From Candidatus Electronema halotolerans (GTDB lineage: Bacteria > Desulfobacterota > Desulfobulbia > Desulfobulbales > Desulfobulbaceae): a stretch of DNA of 32,000 nucleotides. The notes under the pieces are model-generated. The model made no database searches. It was not told where the DNA came from and was given only the letters and a program-made list of their open reading frames with translations. The DNA lies in the NCBI GenBank assembly GCA_942493095.1, contig OW818675.1, forward strand, positions 2,820,001-2,852,000, written 5' to 3'. Shown here piece after piece: positions 25,048-32,000 of this stretch (position 1 is its first letter; the number at the start of each line of letters is the position of its first letter). Position numbers and translations under genes: made by a program.

Positions 25048-25989
25048 TCACAGCCCGGTTTTGCTCAGTTCGCTGATCAGCCGCTCCTGCTCCTCAGTGA
25101 GCTGCTTGGGCATTTGAGCAATTATTTTCACATACAAATCACCACGTTCGCCAATTGGCCCGGACGGCAGGCCCTGTCCCTTTATGCGCAGCTTGGCATC
25201 CGGCTGCATACCCGCAGGCACTTTTATTTTCAGACTTTTGCCGTCAATGGTGCGGATTTCCACTACGGTTCCCAGACATATCTGGCTGAAAAGAAGCTGC
25301 TTTTCCAGCAGCAAATTGTCGCCGTCGCGGGTGAACTGCGCATCTGGCTGCACTGTCACCTTGAGATAAAGATCACCGGGCGGGCCGCCGTTCGGTGAAG
25401 GGGCACCCTTGCCGCCCAAGCGCAGCCGCTTGCCAGACTCAATGCCCTTGGGCACCTTAACCGAGACATTCTCGGTGCTTCCGTTCCGGCGCAGGCTGAT
25501 GTTCTTCTCCGCCCCGTGCAGCACCTCATCTAAGCTGACAGACAGCTCATACGTCTGATCCTGCCCTTTTTCCGGCTGACGGCGGGTCCGGCAGCCTCCC
25601 CCTCCGCAACCGCCGTCTCCGGCCTGACTGAAAAAATCAAAAGGATTGCCGCCTCCGCCGCTGCTGAAGCGGAAGCTGCTGCGCCCGCCGCCTCCGCCCA
25701 TGTTGAAGCCGAACTGCTTGAAAATATCGTTGAGATCAAAATTGCGGAAGATGTCTTCCTGCGAATAGCGCTGCTGGAAGCCAGCCGCGCCGTACATGTC
25801 GTATTCCTTGCGCTTCTTCTCATCCGACAGCACGGCGTAGGCTTCGTTGATCTCCTTGAATTTGGCCTCAGCCTCCTTGCTGCCCGGATTTTTGTCCGGG
25901 TGATATTTCAAGGCCAGCTTGCGGTAGGCTTTTTTGATTTCATCCGCGCTGGCGGTTTTGGCAACGCCAAGTATTTTATAGTATTCCAT
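25048..25989 (-). CDS. DnaJ-family chaperone lacking the canonical four-repeat zinc finger (CbpA/class B-like)
   Basis: J domain with HPD; G/F-rich linker; C-terminal DnaJ domain ([20 protein letters not shown]...[18 protein letters not shown]). Confidence 0.9.
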   Translation of the reverse strand: MEYYKILGVAKTASADEIKKAYRKLALKYHPDKNPGSKEAEAKFKEINEAYAVLSDEKKRKEYDMYGAAGFQQRYSQEDIFRNFDLNDIFKQFGFNMGGGGGRSSFRFSSGGGGNPFDFFSQAGDGGCGGGGCRTRRQPEKGQDQTYELSVSLDEVLHGAEKNISLRRNGSTENVSVKVPKGIESGKRLRLGGKGAPSPNGGPPGDLYLKVTVQPDAQFTRDGDNLLLEKQLLFSQICLGTVVEIRTIDGKSLKIKVPAGMQPDAKLRIKGQGLPSGPIGERGDLYVKIIAQMPKQLTEEQERLISELSKTGL

Positions 25990-26144
25990 CTTCGTCTCTT
26001 CTTGGTCTGTCTCGTTCTCTGCGGATCACTTCAGTAAGGAATACTATAAGAACGATGCGCGTTTTGTCCATCATGGCCCTGCTGTTTTCATGCTAAACAA
26101 CGGCGGCAGAAGGCAGCCTGCCCGCCGCTGTTCCGCCATGCGGC

Positions 26145-26588
26145 TCAGAAAGGCACATCGCTGCCCGTGCCGCCGCCTCCGGCAGCATAGTCATAGCCGC
26201 CGCCAGCCGGAGGCCCGCCCGCCGCCGGTCCGGGATCATCACCGTAATAACCGCCGCTGCCGCCTTTCGGAGTCAGCATCTTCATATCTCTGGCAACGAT
26301 TTCAGTTGTCCAGTGGTCATGACCTTCCTTGTCCTGCCATTTGCGGGTCTGAAGTCTGCCTTCAATATACACCTTAGAACCTTTATGCAGGTATTCACTG
26401 CATTTTTCTGCAAGTTTGTCCCATGCGACAATTTTATGCCATTCTGGCTGCTCCTGCATCTGACCGTCCTGACCTTTACGCCACTCTGAGGTAGCGATGT
26501 TGAACGTCGTCACAGGAATGCCGTTCTGAGTATGGCGCATTTCCGGGTCAGCTCCGAGATTGCCGATTAAAATCACTTTGTTGATCAT
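26145..26588 (-). CDS. ssb: Single-stranded DNA-binding protein
   Basis: MINKVILIGNLGADPEMRHTQNGIPVTTFNIATSEW...WHKIVAWDKLAEKCSEYLHKGSKVYIEGRLQTRKWQDKEGHDHWTTEIVA, acidic tip ...SDVPF. Confidence 0.95.
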   Translation of the reverse strand: MINKVILIGNLGADPEMRHTQNGIPVTTFNIATSEWRKGQDGQMQEQPEWHKIVAWDKLAEKCSEYLHKGSKVYIEGRLQTRKWQDKEGHDHWTTEIVARDMKMLTPKGGSGGYYGDDPGPAAGGPPAGGGYDYAAGGGGTGSDVPF

Positions 26589-26820
26589 GTTGCACCTGTT
26601 GGTCGATTGGTCGTTTGCTGTTTATGTTGCCTGTGCCGCACATAATAATCATGAATGCGGAAAAAAGCAGCAGGCAATTTACCCAGCCCGCAGACGCAGC
26701 ACTGCTTGCGCCGGGCCGTCCAGCCCGGTATAATTAATTGTATCGCAGCTTATGAATTTTTTTCCGTCTGTCCTGTCGGCAGATGCCGCCAATTTCTTCC
26801 CGGCTGCCGCCGGCAGATAT

Positions 26821-28515
26821 ATGTTTTTGTTTCATTCTGTCCTGCTCAAAAAAGCTGCGCACCTGCTTCTCTGTCTTGTCAGCAGCCTGATGATCAATCC
26901 GCTTGGCCAGCTTCAGCCTGCCGGCCATTTCCAAGCTCCGCCGTCACTTGACAAGGATTTGTTCTGGCTCCTGAAAAATCAGCCTGCCGTCCGTTTCAGC
27001 GTCAGCAGCCCCAAGCACAGCGAGGCGCAGGATGCGCTGCTCAACGATCTCTATGCCTATAACGGGGTCCAGCCCTACTGGGTGACAGAATATGGGCCAA
27101 AGGAGAAAGCAAGCGTTCTGATCGCCTTTTTGACCCATGCGGATGAGGACGGTCTTGATCCGTCCCGCTACCATCTGCATGAACTGGCCGCCCTGCTCCA
27201 TGTCAGAGACGTGGAGGGGCTTGCCCGCCTTGACATCATGCTCACTCTTGTCCTGAGTGCCTATCTCAAAGACATGCACCTCGGCCAGGCTGCCCCCTTT
27301 CCTCTGAGCAGTGCCGGGAAGGGCAAGGACAAAGATATTGCCCAGCTCACCCTGCAAGGTTTGAACAGCCCTGACATGGCCATTTTTTTGGCGGAGCAGG
27401 CTCCCCAGCATCAGGAATATCAGGCGCTGAAAGCGCTGCTGGCCAAATATCGGCGGCTGGACTTTGCCGGCGGCTGGCCCAAGATTCCCAGCGGCCCGAC
27501 GATCAGACCGGGTGATGCGGATCAGCGGGTTGATCTGCTGGCCAAGCGGCTCTATCTCAGCGGCGACCTGTCTGCGCTGCCGCTGGCCTCAGCAGAAGGC
27601 AGGCGGCGCGGCATCTATGACAAACAGTTAGTCAAAGCGGTCAAGCACTTTCAACGCCGCTGCGGCTTGGAGCCGGACGGCGCGGTCGGCACGAAAACGC
27701 AGGCCCTTCTCAACAGGTCTGTGGAGGAGGAGATCAGGACAATCCGGCTCAATCTGGATCGCTGGCGCGGCCTGCCGCATCAGTTCAGCAGCCATCACCT
27801 GCTCGTCAATATTGCCGGGTTTGATCTGACCATGCTCAACAACGGCCAGCCTGAACTGACCATGCCGGTGATTGTCGGGAAAGAGGATCACAAAACCCCG
27901 GTCTTCAGCCATGCCATGAGTTATATTGAAATCAACCCGTACTGGAACATTCCGCCGTCCATAGCCCAGAAAGAGATTGTCAAGAAAATGCAGCAGGATT
28001 CAAGCTATCTCAGAAAACAGCGAATCCGCATCTTCGCAGGCTGGAACGGGAATGCGCCGGAAATTTCCGCGTCAGCCATCAACTGGCACCGCATTGGCGC
28101 GAGAATCCGCAAGTACCGGCTTCGGCAGGAACCGGGCAAGGGCAATGCCTTGGGCACGGTCAAGTTCATGTTTCCCAACCGGAAAAACATTTATCTCCAT
28201 GACACGCCCGGACACAGCCTGTTTCAGCGCGCCCGCCGGGCCTTCAGTCACGGCTGCGTCCGGGTCAGCCATCCGCTTGATCTGGCCTGGCAGATTTTGA
28301 ACAACGACGGCCAGACCATCTCCAAGGAAAAGCTGCAAAAACAGATCGCCACCGGGCGGCAGGCCGTCTTTGTGCTCAGACAGCCGCTGCCTGTGCATAT
28401 CGTTTATCTGACTGTCCGGGTTTCCGAGGACGGCATGGCGCATTTTTATGAGGATATTTATGGCCGGGACGCGCTGCTGGCCAAGGCGCTGTTTCACGAT
28501 CAGGAACGCAAATAG
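26821..28515 (+). CDS. Murein L,D-transpeptidase (YcbB/LdtD-like) with peptidoglycan-binding domain
   Basis: VKAVKHFQRRCGLEPDGAVGTKTQALLN peptidoglycan-binding motif; GTVKFMFPNRKNIYLHDTPGHSLFQRARRAFSHGCVRVSHPLDLA catalytic HxxxxxxxxxxxxxxxSHGCVR motif. Start trimmed to ATG 26821. Confidence 0.92.
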   Translation: MFLFHSVLLKKAAHLLLCLVSSLMINPLGQLQPAGHFQAPPSLDKDLFWLLKNQPAVRFSVSSPKHSEAQDALLNDLYAYNGVQPYWVTEYGPKEKASVLIAFLTHADEDGLDPSRYHLHELAALLHVRDVEGLARLDIMLTLVLSAYLKDMHLGQAAPFPLSSAGKGKDKDIAQLTLQGLNSPDMAIFLAEQAPQHQEYQALKALLAKYRRLDFAGGWPKIPSGPTIRPGDADQRVDLLAKRLYLSGDLSALPLASAEGRRRGIYDKQLVKAVKHFQRRCGLEPDGAVGTKTQALLNRSVEEEIRTIRLNLDRWRGLPHQFSSHHLLVNIAGFDLTMLNNGQPELTMPVIVGKEDHKTPVFSHAMSYIEINPYWNIPPSIAQKEIVKKMQQDSSYLRKQRIRIFAGWNGNAPEISASAINWHRIGARIRKYRLRQEPGKGNALGTVKFMFPNRKNIYLHDTPGHSLFQRARRAFSHGCVRVSHPLDLAWQILNNDGQTISKEKLQKQIATGRQAVFVLRQPLPVHIVYLTVRVSEDGMAHFYEDIYGRDALLAKALFHDQERK

Positions 28516-28608
28516 CCGGACCAGCCTCTGACTGCCCTTGCAGCTTGAATTCACCGGCCCTTCCCCCTGTCTCCGCGTCATTTTCCTTTTTTTCAGCCTT
28601 GTTTCACC

Positions 28609-28637
28609 TTGACAGTGTTTTTCCGGGCTTATATAGT
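28609..28637 (+). promoter_or_regulatory. Near-consensus sigma70-type promoter upstream of ilvB
   Basis: TTGACA (28609-28614), 17-nt spacer, TATAGT (28632-28637). Confidence 0.75.
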
Positions 28638-28717
28638 CTTATCTCTGCCTTTCAATTATGAACATAAGACTCTGCGCCCAGGCACAGGGCATCCATAACC
28701 ACGTTAAGGAACATCCG

Positions 28718-30421
28718 ATGAGCAAAATCACAGGCGCGCAGGCCATTGTCAAGTGTCTGCAGGAGGAAGGGGTTGACACCATTTTCGGCTTTCCAGGCGG
28801 CGTGATCCTTGATCTGTACGACGAGCTGATGGATTCTGATATCAAGAATCTGCTGGTTCGTCATGAGCAGGGGGCAGTCCATGCCGCAGACGGCTATGCG
28901 CGGGCCAGCGGCAAGGTCGGTGTGGCTCTGCTCACTTCCGGCCCTGGCGCGACCAACGGCGTGACCGGCATTGCCACCGCCTACATGGATTCAATCCCGA
29001 TTGTGGTGCTGACCGGCCAAGTGCCCCGCGCTCTGATCGGCAACGATGCCTTCCAAGAGGTTGACATCGTTGGCATCACCCGGCCATGCACCAAGCACAA
29101 CTATTTGGTCAGCAATCCGGACGAACTGGTTTCGATCCTGCGCGAGGCTTTTTATTTGGCCGCCTCTGGCCGACCCGGCCCGGTTCTTGTTGATCTGCCC
29201 AAAGACGTGATGGCCAGCAAGATCGCCTACCCGGAAAAGCAGGAAATCAAGATGAAGACCTATCAGCCGACTATGGAGCCGCATCCGGGTCAGGTTGCCA
29301 AAGCCTGCAAGGCCATCATGAAGGCCAAGCAGCCTGTGCTCTATGTGGGCGGCGGGGTCATTCTCTCTAACGCGAGCAAGGAGCTGACTGAGCTGGCTGA
29401 AAAGACGCAGATTCCAGTCACAATGACCCTGATGGGTCTGGGCGGCTTCCCTGGCACCAATCCGCTTTCCATGGGCATGCTGGGCATGCACGGCACTTAT
29501 GCCGCCAACATGATGGTGGCCAAGAGCGACCTGCTGATTGCGGTCGGTGCCCGCTTTGACGACCGGATCACTGGACGGTTGGACACCTTTGCCCCGGACG
29601 CGGAGATCATCCACATTGACATTGACCCGACTTCGATTTCTAAAAATGTCAAGGTTGATATTCCCCTTGTTGCGGACTGCAAACGGGCGCTGACCGCCAT
29701 GAACGCTTGGTTTGACAGCGCGGCAGATTTCAGCCAGGCCGCTTTTGCCGAAAAGCATCAAAGCTGGAACGAGCAGGTCAAGGATTGGAATTCAACGCAT
29801 CCGCTCTCCTATACCGACGAGGGCGACATCATCAAGCCGCAGTATGTGATCGAGGTCATCAACCGGCTCACCGGCGGCGACGCGATTATTACCACTGAAG
29901 TCGGCCAAAACCAAATGTGGACAGCTCAGTTCTATAAATTCAATAATCCGCGCCAATTCCTCACCTCCGGGGGCCTTGGCACAATGGGCTATGGTCTGCC
30001 TGCGGCCATTGGCGCGAAAATCGCCTTCCCGGACAAGACCGTCATCGACATTGCCGGTGACGGCTCCATCCAGATGAACATTCAGGAGCTTGCCACAGCC
30101 AAGCAGTACGGCGCGGCAGTCAAGGTGGCGATTCTCAACAACAACTATCTGGGCATGGTCCGCCAGTGGCAGGAGCTGTTCTACAACAAACGCTATTCCG
30201 GCACCCCGATGGAAGTCACGCCGGACTTTGTTGAGCTGGCCAAAGCGTATGGGGCAGTCGGTCTGCGGGCCAAAACCAAGAGCGAGGTTGAGCCGGTGAT
30301 CAAAGAGGCTATGGCCATCAAAGATCAGGTGGTGATCATGGACTTTGCCATCAAGCGCGAAGAGTGTGTTTTCCCGATGATCCCGGCTGGACGGTCAACC
30401 ACCGAGATGCTGCTGGCCTAA
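28718..30421 (+). CDS. ilvB: Acetolactate synthase large subunit
   Basis: TGAQAIVKCLQEEGVDTIFGFPGGVILDLYDEL, LLVRHEQGAVHAADGYARASGKVGVALLTSGPGATN, GDGSIQMNIQELATA...NNNYLGMVRQWQELFY. Start trimmed from 28658. Confidence 0.96.
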   Translation: MSKITGAQAIVKCLQEEGVDTIFGFPGGVILDLYDELMDSDIKNLLVRHEQGAVHAADGYARASGKVGVALLTSGPGATNGVTGIATAYMDSIPIVVLTGQVPRALIGNDAFQEVDIVGITRPCTKHNYLVSNPDELVSILREAFYLAASGRPGPVLVDLPKDVMASKIAYPEKQEIKMKTYQPTMEPHPGQVAKACKAIMKAKQPVLYVGGGVILSNASKELTELAEKTQIPVTMTLMGLGGFPGTNPLSMGMLGMHGTYAANMMVAKSDLLIAVGARFDDRITGRLDTFAPDAEIIHIDIDPTSISKNVKVDIPLVADCKRALTAMNAWFDSAADFSQAAFAEKHQSWNEQVKDWNSTHPLSYTDEGDIIKPQYVIEVINRLTGGDAIITTEVGQNQMWTAQFYKFNNPRQFLTSGGLGTMGYGLPAAIGAKIAFPDKTVIDIAGDGSIQMNIQELATAKQYGAAVKVAILNNNYLGMVRQWQELFYNKRYSGTPMEVTPDFVELAKAYGAVGLRAKTKSEVEPVIKEAMAIKDQVVIMDFAIKREECVFPMIPAGRSTTEMLLA

Positions 30422-30458
30422 CCCATTTTTCTCAGGAACTCCTGCAAGGATTGACGCA

Positions 30459-30944
30459 ATGATGAAACATACTCTTTCTGTTCTTCTTCGCAACAAGCCC
30501 GGCGCGCTGTCGCGGGTGACTGGCCTGTTCAGCGGGCGCGGCTTCAACATCGAGAGCCTCTGCGTGGCCGTGACCCTTGACCCGCAGGTGTCAAGCCTGA
30601 CTTTAGTGACACGGGGCAGCGACGCGATCATCGAGCAGATCATCAAGCAGCTCCACAAATTGATTGATGTCATCAAGGTGACGGATATCAGCGAGGGCGA
30701 ATATGTGGAGCGCGAAATGGTGCTGATCCGGGTCAAGGCCGAGGCTGGCACCAGAGCCGAGGTGCTGCGGGTGATTGACATCTTCCGGGGCAAGGTGGTG
30801 GATGTCAGCCCGACTTCCTATGCAGTGGAAGTCACTGGCTCAGAGTCCAAGATCAGGGCGGTGATCGACATTCTCCGGCCCATTGGCATCAAAGAGGTGG
30901 TCCGCACCGGCACCATTGCCATGGCCCGCGCTCCGAAAAAGTAG
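30459..30944 (+). CDS. ilvN: Acetolactate synthase small subunit
   Basis: KHTLSVLLRNKPGALSRVTGLFSGRGFNIESLCVAVT (ACT domain), 161 aa, immediately after ilvB. Confidence 0.94.
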   Translation: MMKHTLSVLLRNKPGALSRVTGLFSGRGFNIESLCVAVTLDPQVSSLTLVTRGSDAIIEQIIKQLHKLIDVIKVTDISEGEYVEREMVLIRVKAEAGTRAEVLRVIDIFRGKVVDVSPTSYAVEVTGSESKIRAVIDILRPIGIKEVVRTGTIAMARAPKK

Positions 30945-30976
30945 CTGGGCAAACTATGCTCACAGCCCTTTCACAG

Positions 30977-31008
30977 GAGGCATGACAGGCGGTCATGCCT
31001 CTTTTTTT
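30977..31008 (+). terminator. Rho-independent terminator after ilvN
   Basis: GAGGCATGAC-AGGCG-GTCATGCCTC perfect 10-bp stem followed by TTTTTTT. Confidence 0.92.
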
Positions 31009-31029
31009 CTTTTTATCAAAGCATGTTGA

Positions 31030-31683
31030 ATGAAAACATCTGAATTTTCCATAGCCAAAGAAGGCATTCCCTTCATCCTTCTCTGCGCCTTCATCGCCCT
31101 GATTTGCAGCATTCTTCAATACAAGCACGCCGGACTGGGGGCATTGCTGGCCACCATTTTTGTCACCTATTTTTTCCGCGATCCAGACCGGATCCTGCCG
31201 GACGAGCAGAACGCCATAGTTTCGCCTGCGGACGGCAAGGTCATCCTGGTGGAGGAAATTTTTGACGACCGTTTTCTCAAGAAAAATGTGCTCAAAATTT
31301 CCATTTTCATGAATGTCTTCGATGTCCATGTCAACCGCATTCCCTTGGCTGGCACGGTGCGGCGGATTATTTTTCAGCCGGGCCGCTTTTACGCTGCTGA
31401 CAAGGACAAGGCCGTCTTGCACAATGAATACTGCGCCGTCATTGTCAGCCCTGCTTCCGGGCAGGAATACGCTGTGGTGCAGATTGCCGGGCTGATCGCC
31501 CGCCGCATCTTATGCCGGGCCGAGCCGGGAGATCAGCTCAAGACTGGGGAACGCTTTGGCCTGATCCGTTTCGGTTCGCGGGTGGATCTGTATCTGCCGC
31601 AAGGGACAGCAGCGGCGGTGCAGGTTGGGGATAAAGTCAGAGCTGGGGAAACGGTGCTGGCGCGGATGGAAGGAACAGTTTGA
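31030..31683 (+). CDS. psd: Phosphatidylserine decarboxylase proenzyme
   Basis: FFRDPDRILPDEQNAIVSPADGKV...IFMNVFDVHVNRIPLAGTV...RFGSRVDLYLP (GS cleavage motif), 217 aa. Confidence 0.93.
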   Translation: MKTSEFSIAKEGIPFILLCAFIALICSILQYKHAGLGALLATIFVTYFFRDPDRILPDEQNAIVSPADGKVILVEEIFDDRFLKKNVLKISIFMNVFDVHVNRIPLAGTVRRIIFQPGRFYAADKDKAVLHNEYCAVIVSPASGQEYAVVQIAGLIARRILCRAEPGDQLKTGERFGLIRFGSRVDLYLPQGTAAAVQVGDKVRAGETVLARMEGTV

Positions 31684-31839
31684 TCGTTGCAGGCATATTC
31701 AGGCATCACAGCACCTTGTCTGCTGCCTGAGGCATGAGCTGACAAGCCGGTTGATGCTCACGCCGGACTCAGCAGCTCATGTTACACAGCATTCCTGTCT
31801 TGCAAACAAAAATGCTGTGCATCTGTTGACCTGACTGCT

Positions 31840-32000
31840 TCAGCTTTCAGCATCATCCTGCTTCAGCATGAGCGGCTTATATTCCCGGGCACCCTGCATT
31901 TCATGATTATACTGGATGATATCCCAGCCATACGTGTTGGCAGCCCGCAGACAGATATGCAGTATGGCGCGTTTGATGCCGTCATACTTCAAGGCCAGTT
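31840..32000 (-). CDS. Partial hypothetical CDS running off the window (C-terminus ...LALKYDGIKRAILHICLRAANTYGWDIIQYNHEMQGAREYKPLMLKQDDAES)
   Basis: Open minus-strand frame ending at TGA 31842-31840; not in the ORF track, probably because it is truncated. Confidence 0.5.
   Translation of the reverse strand, partial: LALKYDGIKRAILHICLRAANTYGWDIIQYNHEMQGAREYKPLMLKQDDAES

Noticed and set aside
28072-28581. 169-aa minus-strand ORF
   Set aside because: Antisense to the L,D-transpeptidase catalytic region.
28991-29761. 256-aa minus-strand ORF
   Set aside because: Antisense to ilvB.
31786-31818. ACAGCATT/AATGCTGT inverted repeat with 17-nt loop between psd and the partial gene
   Set aside because: Only 8 bp with a long loop and no T-run; expected by chance at this length.

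Overview
Window of a GC-rich bacterial chromosome. Gene content looks like a delta-proteobacterial (Desulfobulbales-type) sulfate-reducer relative; that is inference from protein character only. Most of it is housekeeping: yejB/yejE-type ABC permeases with a FecR-domain gene between them, PilZ protein, isoprenylcysteine methyltransferase-like protein, rlmN, slyD-like PPIase, mazG, DUF4390 protein, NifX/NifB-type plus DUF134 pair, a short GlmU-like protein, mutL, glutamate synthase small subunit-like protein, cdaA/cdaR, alr, hemW, rlmE, zinc-finger-less DnaJ, ssb, L,D-transpeptidase, ilvB/ilvN, psd. No tRNA, rRNA, CRISPR array, transposase or integrase was recognised. The best candidate for an undescribed system is a compact two-gene unit on the minus strand at about 5964-8364: a 56-aa single-TM protein whose 3' end overlaps by 8 nt the start of a 745-aa NACHT-type STAND NTPase. 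The NTPase has an uncharacterised N-terminal region, and the unit is flanked by a dyad on the 5' side and an AT-rich tract with a perfect 22-bp palindrome at the 3' end. Secondary points: a GIDE/MULAN-like membrane protein next to a protein ending in a poly-Asn tract, a cluster of very small minus-strand genes at 9379-10108, the FecR gene inside the yej-type operon, a GlmU-like protein lacking the acetyltransferase part, and a perfect 15-bp hairpin at 18960-18999.
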